Shown: in pieces, positions 1 through 13,488 of the stretch
Numbering within the stretch: the first letter of the stretch is position 1
Layout of the letters: every line of letters starts with the position of its first letter
From: Felis catus
Taxonomy: Eukaryota
Assembly (NCBI RefSeq): GCF_018350175.1
Contig: NC_058368.1
Location: forward strand, 72,108,001 to 72,172,000
Direction: 5' to 3'
DNA: 64,000 nucleotides
Made by a program: the position numbers and the translations under genes
Notes under the pieces: model-generated
The model's input: the letters and a program-made list of their open reading frames with translations, nothing else
Database searches by the model: none
What the model was told of the DNA's origin: nothing

Positions 1-204
1 TTAATAGTAGTTGTTTTCTTTTCTCCTTTAAACTTGAGAGGTGGTTTTCCTAGACATAAGAAAGCTGGATGACATATTCTTTTCCTGGGTATCCTATATA
101 TGTGATTCTAATTTCTTCTGACATAAAACATTCCTGCCAAAAAGTCTGATGGTAATCAAATGTTCTTCCCTTTATAAGTCACTTATTCATTTTGAGCTGA
201 TACC

Positions 205-417
205 TATTTTTGTTTTATTTTATTATTATTATTATTATTGGTTTTAAGTTTCTATTTAAGTTCCAGTTAGTTAACATGTAGTGGAATATTGGTTTCAGAA
301 GTAGAATTTAATAATCCATCACTTACATATAACACCCAGTGCTTATTACACCCTCCTTAATGCCCATCCCCTAACCACCTCCTCTCCAGTACCCCTTAGT
401 TCTCTATAGTTAAGAGT
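205..417 (-). mobile_element. Carnivore L1 3' end fragment
   Basis: T-rich tail followed by 'ttccagttagttaacat...catataacacccagtgct', typical of an antisense L1_Carn 3' UTR. Confidence 0.75.
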
Positions 418-625
418 GATATATTAAAGATATATGTTAAACATACATATGTATATATAATTTTAAGTTATTACATTATATTATTATATTATAATTATAA
501 TACTAATTATAATATAATGTTATAAAAATATATAATATATATAAATATATAATACATAAAAATATATAATTAATTATAATATAATAAAATAATATATTAA
601 ATATATATGTATATATAATTTTTTA
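418..625. repeat. AT-rich low-complexity tract
   Basis: About 200 bp almost entirely A/T, made of degenerate (TA)n/(TAA)n. Confidence 0.9.
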
Positions 626-972
626 AGTCCTGTAATTTGTCTGCAATATGTCTTATTTTTGGTCATTTGTTATTGATGTTTTCAGTTCCAATATATAGCT
701 TCAAATCTTTTTACATTTCAGAAAAGTTTAATGCTGTTCTGTGCTATGGCTTTTGTTTTCTTCTTTCAGGATCTTTATAATACAGATCTGGGACCTTCAC
801 TGAAATTCTTTGATTTGTCAGTTTCTTTCAAATCATTTTCATTTCTTTCTTCATTTCTTTTTGATGTCTTCAAATTTCCTCTTTTTTACTTTCTAGTTTT
901 CTAAAGGCATCATCTGATGTATGTAATCACTTTATGTTCTGCCTAGTTTAGTCTTCATTGCTTTTACTAATA

Positions 973-1305
973 TAGTTGACCCTTGACCAATGCAGGGGTT
1001 AGGGGCACTGACACTCCATTCAGTTGAAAACACACACGTAGCCTTTGACTCCCCCCCAAACTTAACTGCTAACAGCCTACTGTTGACTGGACACCTTACC
1101 AATAACACAGTCAACTAACACATTATTTTGTATGCCATATGTATTATATACTGTATTATAACAATAAAGCAAGCTAGACAAAAGAAAATGTTATTAAAAG
1201 CATAAGGAAAATACATTTACAGATAGTACTGTGCTGCATTTATCAAAAAATCTGCATGTAAGTGGATGTGCACAGCTCAAATTCATATTGTTGAAGAGTC
1301 AACTG
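973..1305 (+). mobile_element. Tigger2a-like non-autonomous DNA transposon (TcMar-Tigger)
   Basis: Terminal inverted repeats tagttgacccttgaccaa ... ttgttgaagagtcaactg, flanked by TA on both sides. Confidence 0.85.
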
Positions 1306-1393
1306 TACTTCTTTCCTGAATTCAAGCACCTTATGTATGAATTTCTTACTTTTGTTGCTATTCTAGTCTTATGTAATCTGTATGTCTTTTTAA

Positions 1394-1396
1394 ATT

Positions 1397-1433
<37 letters not shown>

Positions 1434-1811
1434 ATTTACATCCAAGTTAGCATATAGTGCAATAATGATTTCAGGAGTATATTCCGGTAATTCATCCCCT
1501 ATGTATAACACCCAGTGCTCATCCCAACAAATGTCCTCCCTAATGCCCCTTACCTATTTAGCCCATCCCCCCAATAGCCCTTCCAACAACCCTAAGTTAG
1601 TTCTCTGTAACTAACAGTCTTTGAACTGTGAACAGTTGAACAGTCTTTTATGTTTTGTCCCCCTCCCTGCTTTTATATTATTTTTGCTTCCCTTCCCTTT
1701 TGTTCATCTGTTCTGTATCTTAAATTCCACATATGAGTGAAGTCATATGATATCTGTCTTTCTCTGATTGACTTATCTCGCTTAGCATGATACCCTCCAG
1801 TTCCATCCCCA
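1394..1811 (-). mobile_element. 5'-truncated carnivore L1 3' end
   Basis: (TTTA)n tail; L1 3' UTR 'acacccagtgctcatcccaaca'; TSD-like tatgtctttt(t)aa at 1381 and 1812. Confidence 0.88.
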
Positions 1812-2280
1812 TATGTCTTTTAACTCATTTTCCCATATAATGCTACAGTTTGAGCCATTGGTAGGTAGGTCTTTAGGGTAAGTTTCACTCTATTGGGACA
1901 GTATTCTGCTCCTTATTCTTTGTCTCTTACAATTCTTGTAGGGAATTTGGCTGTGATAAATTTCCATTGCTCATGCTTACACACAGTTTTCCTGAACACC
2001 TTAGTATTTCCTTCTAGCTTCAGAGTGTCTTCTTCTGTGGTTTTAACACAGTGAACCATATGGCAGCCTTCCTTCTGAGATTTCCTGGCTTTGTTATGGG
2101 GAGCAGACACCACCAATTTTATCTGGATCTACTTTTCCCCTCATCACTCTTGTCACTGGCCTGTCAAGTTTGTTTCCACTCCTGGATGTTTTTCTTTGTA
2201 TGGAGCTAGGCAGGTGTGGTCCAGTCTCAAAGACATTACATGCCCTGTAACTAACTTGGCTTCCTCCCCAACAGCACCAA

Positions 2281-2641
2281 TACTATGTGTTATACCCCAA
2301 ATTCATGTGTTGAAGCTCTAGCCCCCCAGTGTGAAGATATTAGGAGAAGGGGTCTCTGAGAAGTACCTATGTTTAGAGGAGGTCATGAGGATAGCGCCCC
2401 GTGATGGCATTTGTGCCCTCATAAGAAGAGGAAGAGACCAGAGCCCTCCCTCTTTCTGTCATATGATCACGCAGCCAGAAGGCAGTCATCTGTGAACCAG
2501 GAAGAAGAACCAGACACAAATCTGCTGACACCTCGACCTTAGTTAGGCTTTCCAGCCTCCAGAGCTCTGAGGGATAAACGCTTGTTGTTGAAGTCACCCA
2601 GTCTGTGGTATGTGTTGTAGCATTCCAAACAGACCAAGTCA
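2281..2641 (+). mobile_element. MaLR solo LTR (MLT1A-like)
   Basis: 'ccccaaattcatgtgttgaag ... ccagcctccagagctctgag ... cccagtctgtggtatgtgttgtagca' MLT1 hallmarks. Confidence 0.8.
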
Positions 2642-2859
2642 CCTTGCAAACCATGTGGCTATTGTTTTGTCTACAGCTGCTTTTACTTGTGGTTTGTGGA
2701 TTACTTAATTTTGTTGTAAATATTGTCTATGGAGTTTGGTTGTTATCTAGGTATTCTATTTACTTTCATGTTATCTAGGTATTGTATTTACTTAATTCAA
2801 GGAGATTAAGAAAACTATGCCAATGCTTCTATCATTATGCTGGAAGACTCCTTACATAT

Positions 2860-3400
2860 TTTTTGTTGAACTTTAATGCAGATTTATCATTTTTATTTGT
2901 CTTTTCAAAGAACAAAATGTTAGTTTTACTAATATTACTTATTGCTTCTTTTTCCCCTATTTGATTAAAATATACTTATTTTCCCCTTCCACTGTCTTAA
3001 TGTTTTCTTGGTTGGTATTTTAATAAATTCTTGAGTTAAATATTTGGATGATTAGTGCCAGCCTCTATTCTTTTGCTAAATATGCACTCAAGGGTATAAC
3101 TTTCCCTCTAAAAATGCCTTTGGTTGCTTCTCATAGGTTCAATCTACATAGTGTTTATTAGTTTTCAGTTCTAGAAACTTTTTATTTCCATGCAGTTTCT
3201 TCTATGCTGTCTAAATTATTTAAAAGTGATTTTTAAATTTTGAAAAGTGTTGGTGTTTTCTGGTTGTTATTTAGTTTCTAATCTTATTACACTTCCGCTA
3301 AATAATGTCTTCTCTAGCATAGTGATTTGGTTCATGTTTAGAATTCCTTTGTGGTATGTAAGTGGTCATGTTTTGTAAATCATTTAGGTGTGCCTCAATC
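2860..3400 (-). mobile_element. Old L1M fragments
   Basis: T-rich degenerate antisense L1-like sequence ('gggtataactttccctctaaaaatgcctttggttgc'). Confidence 0.55.
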
Positions 3401-3415
3401 AAAATATGTGCTCTT

Positions 3416-3626
3416 GGAGCGCCTGGGTGGCTCAGTCAGTTAAGTGTCCAACTTCTGCTCAGGTCATGATCTGAGCTGGTGACTTCGAGCCCCATGTCGG
3501 GCTCTGTGTGGACAGCTCAGAGCCTGGAGCCTGCTTTTGATTCTGTGTCTCCCTCTCTTCTGCCATCCCCCACTCGTGCTCTCTCTCTCTCTCCAAAAAA
3601 ATAAATAGAAAATTAAAAAAAAAAAA
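3416..3626 (+). mobile_element. Can-SINE (SINEC_Fc-type)
   Basis: tRNA-derived head gcgcctgggtggctcagtc, (CT)n region, A tail. Confidence 0.95.
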
Positions 3627-3966
3627 GAATGTGTGTTCTCAAGTCGCTAAATGAAGAATTGTATAAATGCCCACTACGTGAAGCTAGTCAACTGTGTATT
3701 TCAAATATTCTAAATCCTTACTAATTTTCTTGGCTCTTTGATCATGTATAATGTATCTTACACATATTTGTAATTTAATTTTCAAATTAATACTCATAGG
3801 TATGTGTTATTATCTCTTTTTCACAGGTGAGAAATCTGACAATCATAGAAATCATGTTGTTTAGGTCACTCAAATTATAAATTAAAATATTATAATTAAG
3901 TCTAGATTATATAGCTCAATGTTCAAATCTCATCACTAAACCATGTGTATCTAAAATGTCACAAGG

Positions 3967-4202
3967 GGGGCGCCTGGGTGGCGCAGTCGGTTAAGCATCC
4001 GACTTCAGCCAGGTCACGATCTCGCGGTCCGTGAGTTCCAGCCCCGCGTCAGGCTCTGGGCTGATGGCTCGGAGCCTGGAGCCTGTTTCCGATTCTGTGT
4101 CCCCCTCTCTCTCTGCCCCTCCCCCGCTCATGCTCTGTCTCTCTCTGTCTCAAAAATAAATAAACGCTGAAAAAAAAATTTAAAAAAAAAATAAAAAAAA
4201 AA
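3967..4202 (+). mobile_element. Young Can-SINE (SINEC_Fc)
   Basis: CpG-rich and near consensus; perfect 15-bp TSD taaaatgtcacaagg (3952-3966, 4203-4217). Confidence 0.97.
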
Positions 4203-5405
4203 TAAAATGTCACAAGGCTTAACAGTATAAAAAAAGGATTTTCCAAACTATACTGTAATACAATGCTGTTTTTTCGACATGAAAGTTTTGGTTTATACAC
4301 ATAACTTGCTCTTATCCCAAATCTTATGCAAGATCTAAACTAGCAATGTTTTTCCTTTGTTCCGTACGTATATGCATACCTGATTTTCAGAATAATGACC
4401 CTGAAGCACTAAAGGAGATCAATAACTTTTCTCACCTATTAATACCAGTATGATAAGAGTATTTATATTTTACATTTACTGATTGCTGAAATCTGGGATC
4501 CATCACAACTTTCAATTAAGTAGAATATTAATTCGTTTATTCAACCACCAGGGAGTAACCCTAGACTATCAGGGAATAGTAGCTTCCTTTGGAATGCTGC
4601 TGTGCTTAGTCTGAACACTTGTATTCTCTGGTAACCTCCTTCAAAATGAAGCCATTAGTATTTAGTATTAGACAGAAAACCATAGCTATTCTAAGTATTC
4701 AGCTCACTTTTTCTGATTTGGAGTTGTTAACAACGTATTTCTGTTTGTAACTGAGAAAAAGTTTGAGAGTCATGTTTTTCCTTTTTTCATTTTGCAAATA
4801 TTAACAGGCTGACAATAAATGGAAATGCATTTATAAAAACATATGACCATAAAGCACAAAACCATGGTCCAATGAACAAGGCTTGATGAATGTCATTTCT
4901 GCTGGAAAGGTGTAGTGTAATTATTGTAATTAGCTGCTTTATTGAATAAGTCTCCCACATAAAATGTCATAATTGGAAATAAGCAATTACTTAAAATTAC
5001 ATAGGTTGAAGGTGGTAGGTACATCATTCAGCCGTATTTTAATTTTTCATGCACCTGTGAACTGAAAACTAATCCCATGGCGCATAGGACAGATCATGTG
5101 TACGGCAGGATGTTTCTATAAAATCAACTTTTTATAAAATTGACATTATGCTTGGAAAGAAAGAATTTAAAAAGGCGATTAGTGTAGGCAGCAGCAAAAT
5201 TAAAATAGTCACATTACAATGTATGCAAAGGTGAGTACTGTTATAATAGCATGTTATGAAGCTTTGAAATATGCCTTAGAATGTGGATTTTGTGAAAAAG
5301 GAGTTTTAGATGATGGGTCAAGAGTTTTGATCTTGTTATTTCAACATTATAAATTCTGAACCCTGAAAAAACACCAGACATAAAAATTTAAAAATATATA
5401 AATAG

Positions 5406-5407
<2 letters not shown>

Positions 5408-5442
<35 letters not shown>
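5408..5442. repeat. (CA)n microsatellite
   Basis: About 17 CA units. Confidence 0.95.
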
Positions 5443-5447
<5 letters not shown>

Positions 5448-7599
5448 CACGGTCATCCTTTGGGGCCAAGGGCACCCATACCCATTGATTTCTGCTCTGT
5501 GTGTGAAACACCTTTTTATCTTTCTGTGAATTCCACCAGATCATAGGCTCCATATGGTAAGGCTGGTGGATTCTTTGTCCGCTACATTTCTCTCCACCGT
5601 CCAGTACTGCCTGTAATTTGTTCTTGAAATGTATTTACAGAATGAATACATTGCTTAACATTAGAGATGACTCTTTTCTGTACTACATTTTTTTTCTTAT
5701 GAAGTGAATCCTTGAAACAACAAATGTGAATCAGGTAAAAATTACAAAGGAAGCCTATTTACTTTGAAATGCACCAATTCACTTGATAGGAAAATCTTGT
5801 GAAACTAGAAACCAGATGATTGGAAACTTAATTGGCTTGACTGTTTTTGCGCTAGATTGCATGACAATGCTTTAGTCACTCGAGCTTGTGGCGTTGGAGA
5901 TTTGGCCGAATCTCCAACAACTTACACATCAGCTAGACCAGTGTAAGGATGCCGATGATTCAGAAGATGAGGGAGAACCAGTATTGTCAAAAACAGGTAT
6001 GCTCAAAGTACGCTACCTACTGGTGGGAAACCATAATATACACTATAATATATACCTAAGCATATCACTTCATGCTTAGAGCTCATATAGACAGAAAGAC
6101 AAAAACCAAAAACCTGCAGAGATTAAAAAAAAAAAGAGTGGATTTATGATTCTGGGAGAAAATGCCAGATGCTTTTAATCATGCAGGTGTTTGTGAATTT
6201 AAAATCCCAGGCACTCTGGGAGCAGTGCTTGCTCTCCAATTATGATTCAATTGTATTTGAACTTTAGATCCAAATATACCAGCCCCAGCAACAACTGTAA
6301 CACATTGGGATCAGTATTACACTTAAAGGAAAGTAAAACTTAAGACTAAACTATACTCAAAAGAGAAGAACATTGAGACAGGGGAGTTAAATGTAACTTT
6401 CACAGGTAGGCTTAGTTGCAAAGTCAGCTCTGATCATTGCTTTGGAGACAGCACCAAAAAATTGTGGTTAAAAGCTTTTTGTATTATCTACAGATGATGC
6501 TTGATCCTAGATGCATTTACTTTTGAACTTCAGTGGGTGTACACCTAAGGAATGCAAAGTACTTATAATCCCAGACCCAAAATGATTATACCACTAAATA
6601 TTCTGCAAGAAGAATCACTGACCGGGAATTTCTCTTCTTGTGTTAGCTGACGGCAGGACGTGATTTTTACCTGGACCCCAGCTCACTGTGTGCATAGAAA
6701 GGGCCTCAAGAAATAACTGAAATGAAAAGATGTGCACTCAAACTCAGCTGTACTTTGATCTCAGCACGAAAACATACTGCAAAGGCCAATCAAAATGAAA
6801 GAAAAAGTTTTCATTTATATTTTGTATCTTTTTGTTTCCTCTCCATTATTGTGAATAAATGGACAATCAATCGCCTACTAATGCATTTGTAAGCTAAACA
6901 CAGAAGTCCGGAAGTCCAGAGAGTTTTCACATTCTGTCTGGTGGCTTCTTCCCTCCCCCCCCACCCCCCCGACCACATGGTTTGTAACTCTGCTATCCGG
7001 CCCCTGGTGAGGTGGTGGTGCCATGTAATCTCCCACTGTCCTCCTAGAGATGCGTCTTGAATAGCACCGCGGAGATGCTAAGCTATTATTTTAGAAAATC
7101 CTTTCAGAAGAGTAAAAGCCCTAAAGATGAAAATAGGCTGTTCTTCCGCACCCCCCCCCTTTTTTTTGGTGAGTAAATGTTCATCCTGAAAATTATAGAT
7201 CAGTTAACTTGCTCTGTATGTAGTTACTGGAACAAATCATCAAACACTCTATAATCACACAGAAAAATACAAAATGCTGTCTGGCAATCAACAAGGCTTT
7301 GTGAAGAGTAAATCTTTCCAGAGCAATTTAATTTACTTCTTGAGTATCTGAGACACTATGTAGGCAATGAGGGTAGTAACTGAAATATCACAAAAAATCA
7401 GACTAAAAAAAATCATATTCATGAGCAATAAGGAAAATAAATCAATAATTAATATATTGTGCTTAACTAGACTGTTAGAATTGGAGGTTAATTTGTTTAT
7501 GTAAAAGTCCTTTGTCTTGACTGGTGAATGTAAGTCTATTTGCTTAGTCTGAATTCATGGTATGGTTTAGTATCGGTAATCTTTTTTATCTGGTGTTAG

Positions 7600-7715
7600 A
7601 GGCACGTGACATAAGCTATGCCAGTGCAATGCTAGGCATTTAACATATTATAATCTATTATTTAATCCTCATGACAAACACTGAAAATAAGAATTACCTC
7701 TAGAGATGAGGATCG
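7600..7715 (-). mobile_element. MIR fragment
   Basis: 'tgccagtgcaatgctaggcatttaacatattat...tttaatcctcatgacaa...agatgagga'. Confidence 0.6.
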
Positions 7716-7899
7716 GAACCGACATCACTTATGACTGTGACTGGTCATAATCGCCATTCTACTCAGCTTCTCATGAAGTTATGTCAAGCATCTTCAGCGT
7801 CCTGTGCTTTTCCACAGGCTTCCCTCTCTGCCTGGAGCACCTTCCTCCTACAATGCTCAAGCTTCCTGCTCCTGTAAGGGATCCTGTCTCAGGTTCCTG

Positions 7900-8062
7900 C
7901 AACAATTTTTACCCCCCTGCATTTACACGTTTGTCCCCACGAGACTAAAAGCCCCTAAAGGGCACTGCTCACATTTTGCTCAGTGTTGAATTTTCAGGGC
8001 CCCAAAAGAGTGCCAGAGGAACAACAGGTGTTCCATAAACGTTTGCTGAATGACTGAGTGAA
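7900..8062 (+). mobile_element. L2 3' end fragment
   Basis: 'gactaaaagcccctaaagggca...caggtgttccataaacgtttgctgaatgactga'. Confidence 0.6.
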
Positions 8063-8250
8063 CCTGAAGACTTATGGAAATGAAAAGGGCCAAGAAAACA
8101 TAGTAATTACTTGTATCACTTCCCTCGCTTTGTACATGTGTTAGCTGGTAATTGTGGAGGCTTACTGTGGAACTTGCTGTATATGCTTAGCAGAAAGGAG
8201 GCAGGTAAGACAGAGGCAGATGTTGCCCTATTGTCAGAGAAATACTCTCT

Positions 8251-8445
8251 ATTTTTTTTAACTTTATTTATTTATTTTGAGAGAGACAGAGATAGCATGA
8301 GTGGGCCAGGGGCAGAGAGAGAGAAAAGGGAGAAAGAGAGAGAGAGAGAGAGAATCCCAAAGAGGCTCCATGATGCCAGCACAGAGCCCGATACGGAGCT
8401 TGAATGCACGAAACTGTGAGATCATGACCTGAGCTGAAATCAAGC
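8251..8445 (-). mobile_element. Can-SINE, 5'-truncated
   Basis: T tail, (GA)n, 'gagatcatgacctgagctgaaatcaag'; head missing. Confidence 0.9.
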
Positions 8446-8977
8446 TCAGGCTGATGTGAGTGTGTAGTTCCCTCATGTTCTCCACATGCTGTGAGGTTTT
8501 GACCCCAGAAAGGGCACAGCAGCCAAGACAGCAGGGCAGAAGGATTGGCGAGCTCAGCTAAAGGGCAGAGAGAGTCGCCAGTTCCAGCCACAGTGCAAAC
8601 CTTGACATTATGGAGACGATTCACCTGTGAATGGGCTGCTTTTATTACCAGGGCTACTGAAAAAGCACGTTCACACCTCAGTTTACTAACAAACACTCTA
8701 CTAAGGAATCCCAGGGTTTAGTTTCAATAATCTGGACAAAAAATGGGTAGAAAACCATTGCCCGATTTCCTTCTGCTTGGAAAGTACAAACCTCCTCTCA
8801 AGAGATGCAGGTTTATCCTTTAACCAGGAGAGGGAACCCCTGGCCGACGCCGCAGGTGTGGGAGAGTAGGAGGAGAAAGGAATGAGGGAATTAGCCTTGG
8901 GAATGCCATTTTCTATGGAGTCTGGAAGGGCAGCCATTCACCACAAGGGAGAGGTTGGAAAGCACTGTTTCCTGTCT

Positions 8978-9030
8978 TTTTTTTTTTTTAAGTTTATTTA
9001 TTTATTTTGAGGGGGAGAGGGGCAGAAGGG

Positions 9031-9074
<44 letters not shown>

Positions 9075-9199
9075 CCGAGCAGGGTCCACACTGTCAGCGC
9101 AGAGCCTGATGAAGGGCTTGATCCCACAAACCGTGAGATCATGACCTGAGCTGAAATCAAGAGTCGGACACTCAACCACCTGAGCCACCCAAGTGCCCC
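8978..9199 (-). mobile_element. Can-SINE
   Basis: Full body with (GA)n; TSD ctgtctttt. Confidence 0.95.
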
Positions 9200-10504
9200 T
9201 CTGTCTTTTTCCTTTAGGATCTGCAACAACAACTTAAAGATTTTATGTTTTTGTTTGCTTATTGTTTATGGGGAGAAGGGCAGGTATTTTAAACTACATG
9301 ATAAAGGTGATCAGGTCCCTGAAGCATAAGATTGCCATGGAATTATTTATGGTTGTTCAAAGCCAAGGTCATAACTCAGACAGTACCCTGCCCAGCATGT
9401 GCCTTTGTGCCTTCATGTTCCTCCAGTTGCATAACCAAAACCACCCCCACTGTTCGTTGTCGTGTTTTCTTTTTTATCCCTTAACTTATGATCTTCATGT
9501 TCCTGGGGGCTCAGTATTTTCCTTGACACGAGGTCAGCTTTGCGGGACTCAGAAGTTTCTCCTTACAGGTCAGCGTTAATGGAAAAGTTTTACTTTAGTG
9601 CTCCTTTTTTTCATGTCATGGGAATCACTGTTAGACCGGCCTCACATTTTCTTTTTATTTCTTACTACTCTTTGAGGAAAAACAGCCTCAATCTGTGCCG
9701 TACCACGCTGGAGAGTTTCTTCATATAGAGAGAAAGCCTTGCCATCCACTGGACACTGCCAGGCATTTCCAAAGGCAGCTGGGGCTGTCACAGAAATTTC
9801 CAAGTGCTCGCCGAAAAATATTTTATCAGAAGCTACGAGGGGTATGGTCTCTGTTCAGGATTTTTGTCATGTGCTTATGTAATTTTATGTGGCTTTAGGG
9901 TTTTTAAGTAAAAATTTAAAAAAGGCTTGGCATGTTTACAAATACAAATACTAGACTGCTTCCTCTTCAATTTCTGCTCCCCTGGGGCATCCTCATGCTG
10001 ACATTCGTTAAGCGGGCTTCTCTGTGTTGGGTTTTCTGGGCTAATGGCACTCAACACAGACAACAAATCCCAGGTACTTCTGAGGACGACCAGGAAGCGA
10101 TGGCAGCTGAAGCTGCAAACACTGGAACGTCAAAGGAGGGAAGTTGACTTTCCCTGCAGCCTAAATAAAGCCAAGGCTTTAAGAAGCAACAGTAGCGTGG
10201 GTAAACCTTCTTGCTGCTGCCATGCTAGGGTAGTGGCTACTGAGATGAAGAGAAAATATGTTCTCTACACCCCACCTTCCCAACTGGAGCATGTCTCCAG
10301 AGAATGTAGCTCACGAGGAGATAAATAATATTCTCCCAATTGTAGATTATCCAGATATGGGCCAATGAAGCTTGCCTGGGGTGAAGGATAACCTAACCAT
10401 CACTATAATTTTCCTGGTACAAGATCAGATATTGTGTGTTTGAATCAACCAAACTTATAGATTGGGGAATGCCTGTTGTCATCAAAAAATTCTAGTATCT
10501 TCTA

Positions 10505-10711
10505 TTAATTTTTAAAAAAATTCATTTATTTATTTTGTGAAAGACAGAGAGAGCTGGGGAGGGGCAGAGAGAGAGGAAGAGAGGGAGAATTCCAAGCAGG
10601 CTCCACACGGTCAACGTGCAGAGCCCAAATTGGGGCTCGAACTCATCGAGATCATGAACTGAGCCGAAATCAAGAGTCGGATGCTTAACTGACTGAGCCA
10701 CCCAGGTGCTC
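10505..10711 (-). mobile_element. Can-SINE
   Basis: 'ttaactgactgagccacccaggtgc' antisense head, T tail. Confidence 0.93.
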
Positions 10712-11649
10712 TAGTTCTGGTCTCTTTTACAATGCTGAGTGATTTAGATACCACTGAGGAGCAGTGCCTGTGCTAGTTCATTATATTTTAGGATATTATG
10801 AGAAAGGCACAATTGTACGATAATGGAATAAAATTGTAATTGTTATCTTACTTTCAGTTAGTTAAAAATAACGTTAAATGAGAAAGTAGACAGAAGCCAC
10901 AAAAATATAAGGACATTGAAGAAGTCAGAAATGGCATCTGAAATTCTCAGACAGTGATCTAGCACAGGGATCGCTAGGGGAGGGAGATGGTGGGCACCCA
11001 GAAGGGTGATAGGGTGTGCCCCCCTTGGGACCCCCACACACCTGCCAAGAATCTTTATTTTTTTTCCTCACCAATTTCAAAATATTTTGTTCAGAAAGTG
11101 TGAGAAATGTCGTATTTGCTTTCAGAGAGAAAATAAATGATCAGGGACTAATTTCAATTTTGTGTTTCCAGTGGAATAATGTTATTAGTGACTTAAAAGA
11201 GCATGTTGTGGATTTATGCCCACTTGGGGCACAACGGCCACCAGCTCTCGGTATTCTTTGTGGAGATGGCTGGTCACGACAACCACAGCCCAGGCTGGGG
11301 GTTCATGCCATACCTCTGGCTTAAAGTCTGCATTTGAAATAAAATTTAAAAATAAACATTCCGTGTTCTAGTATGTAAAATGCGATTTCACACTGAGTGG
11401 CTGAAACCAGGCCACTATCCCTCCACTTGATTGTCCACTAACACATGCAGTTCCTCGTGTATGCCCTGGACACAGTATTGAATGAAATGTAACAACTGTG
11501 GACAAGAAATGTGACAAATTTAATATTTTTAAAAAAACAGTCAAAGTCTTTACTGAGGGTTAAGAATATTGCTTGTATGTGTACACACGCATGCAAACGC
11601 ACATTTTGTGGGTTTTTTTCCACTCAAAATTTAAAGGCAAAGAAAAATC

Positions 11650-12190
11650 TCAGTTGAGATCAATTCAATGGCTTGGAAGATATAGTGGAATAAATATTTC
11701 AAAGCACAGAATAAAAGCAGAGTGACGGCAATCATGAGGGAAAAAGTAAGAGGGAAATAAAGGGCCAGATGGAAAAGTAATAATTGAACAAATAGTAAAT
11801 GAAAATTTCCCTGACAAATATCTCAGTCTGCAAACTGAAAAGACTCCCCATTTGGGACAGTTCTGATGAGAAACGACATACAAAGTACATCCTGGTAAGG
11901 CTTCTGAGCCCCAGGGATACGTAGGAAGTCTTAAAAGCTCCCCCAAACCAGAAAGCCTACCTGCCAACCAACCAACCAACCAACCAACCAACCACCAAAG
12001 AAAAAACTAATTATATTCATATGAAAAAAAAATGACAGTGGCATCAGACTTGTCATCTACAACGTTGGAATCTAGAAGAGAGAGAAATAGCATCTGTAGG
12101 TGACTGAAAGAAAATAAACAGGAAGAGACATCGTACAAGGAGTTCATTATCGTAACTGAGAACAAAATCACCGGGCTGCAGCACATGATG
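11650..12190 (+). mobile_element. Old L1 (ORF1-region) or HAL1-like remnant containing an (ACCA)n repeat
   Basis: A-rich; 'gaaaatttccctga', 'gtggcatcagacttgtcatctacaacgttggaatctagaaga' resemble degenerate L1 ORF1. Confidence 0.6.
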
Positions 12191-12618
12191 AGTGCTGGGA
12201 GAGTTAGAGGGGAGAGGTGGGGAAGGGCAGGAGAAAAGCAGCAGAGGGGAAAGGCTAATCCTCGTGGGATGGGAGAGCAGGGGAAAGAGGATGAAGGGGC
12301 TGGTATTTTATTTTCACGTGATAATGAGAAATATGTGTTTGATTCTAAGCAACAGAAAAAGGGTGGCCCCAATTTAATGGAATAAAAAGTGAACCAGGAC
12401 TTTCAAAGGAAAACGCCTGCGAGTGAACCCTAATGTTTAAGATCTGTTACAAACTCTGTAACTGGTCATTCATTTTCTAACTGTGGAATCCGAGGGAAAA
12501 AATTCCCTATCAACTATTGAATGATAGATAGATCACAACATGATTAAGACAACACATAGCGATAATTGCCACCACATACTAAGCACTTAATAAGCGGTAG
12601 TTATGTTGACTGATTTTT

Positions 12619-12812
12619 TTTTCTAATATTTATTTATTTTTGAGACAGAGAGACAGAGTGCAAGTGGGGGAGGAACAGAGAGTAGGAGACACAGAATCTG
12701 AAGCAGGCTCCAGGCCCTGAGCTGTCAGCCTGATGCATAGCTCGAACTCATGGACGGCGAGATCATGACCTGAAACTTAGACACTTAACTGACTGAGCCA
12801 CCCAGGAGCCCC
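12619..12812 (-). mobile_element. Can-SINE
   Basis: TSD ttgactgattttt (12606-12618, 12813-12825). Confidence 0.95.
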
Positions 12813-13180
12813 TTGACTGATTTTTATAGGAACCTCCTCTGGTTTTTCTCCCTAGTGTAATAACTGGAATAAACATGATCTCTTGAAAAAGCAACACACA
12901 GGCCACCCTTAAACCGGGCTGACCGCTGGCAATCAGAACCCTTCTGCAAGTAAGAAAATGCAGGGTTGGGACGCTCTCTACCCATCAAAGTCACAGGGCT
13001 GCTACCTGGCACGGCTCAGAAGCTGACGTGTACAAATGCAAAACTGAAATTCATAAATAATACCAATGTCAGGTTTAACAATTTCTTCTACAAATAAAAT
13101 CATTTTCTTCATTATTGTCCTGAGACCTTCGATTTCAGGACCCCATAGAGCCTTGCAATTATGTAAAACATACGTGCTTA

Positions 13181-13450
<270 letters not shown>

Positions 13451-13488
13451 CTAAGATAGAGGTGACAGAAGTTCAGAGAAAAAAAGAC

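Noticed and set aside
3416..3500. tRNA-like A/B boxes at SINE heads
   Set aside because: These are tRNA-derived SINE promoters, not tRNA genes.
5856..5996. Plus-strand exon-like segment (ctag| ... ag|gtatgc) with acidic peptide DADDSEDEGE
   Set aside because: All three frames from the acceptor hit stops, it is antisense to NALCN, and no partner exons are evident. An antisense non-coding exon cannot be excluded without RNA data.
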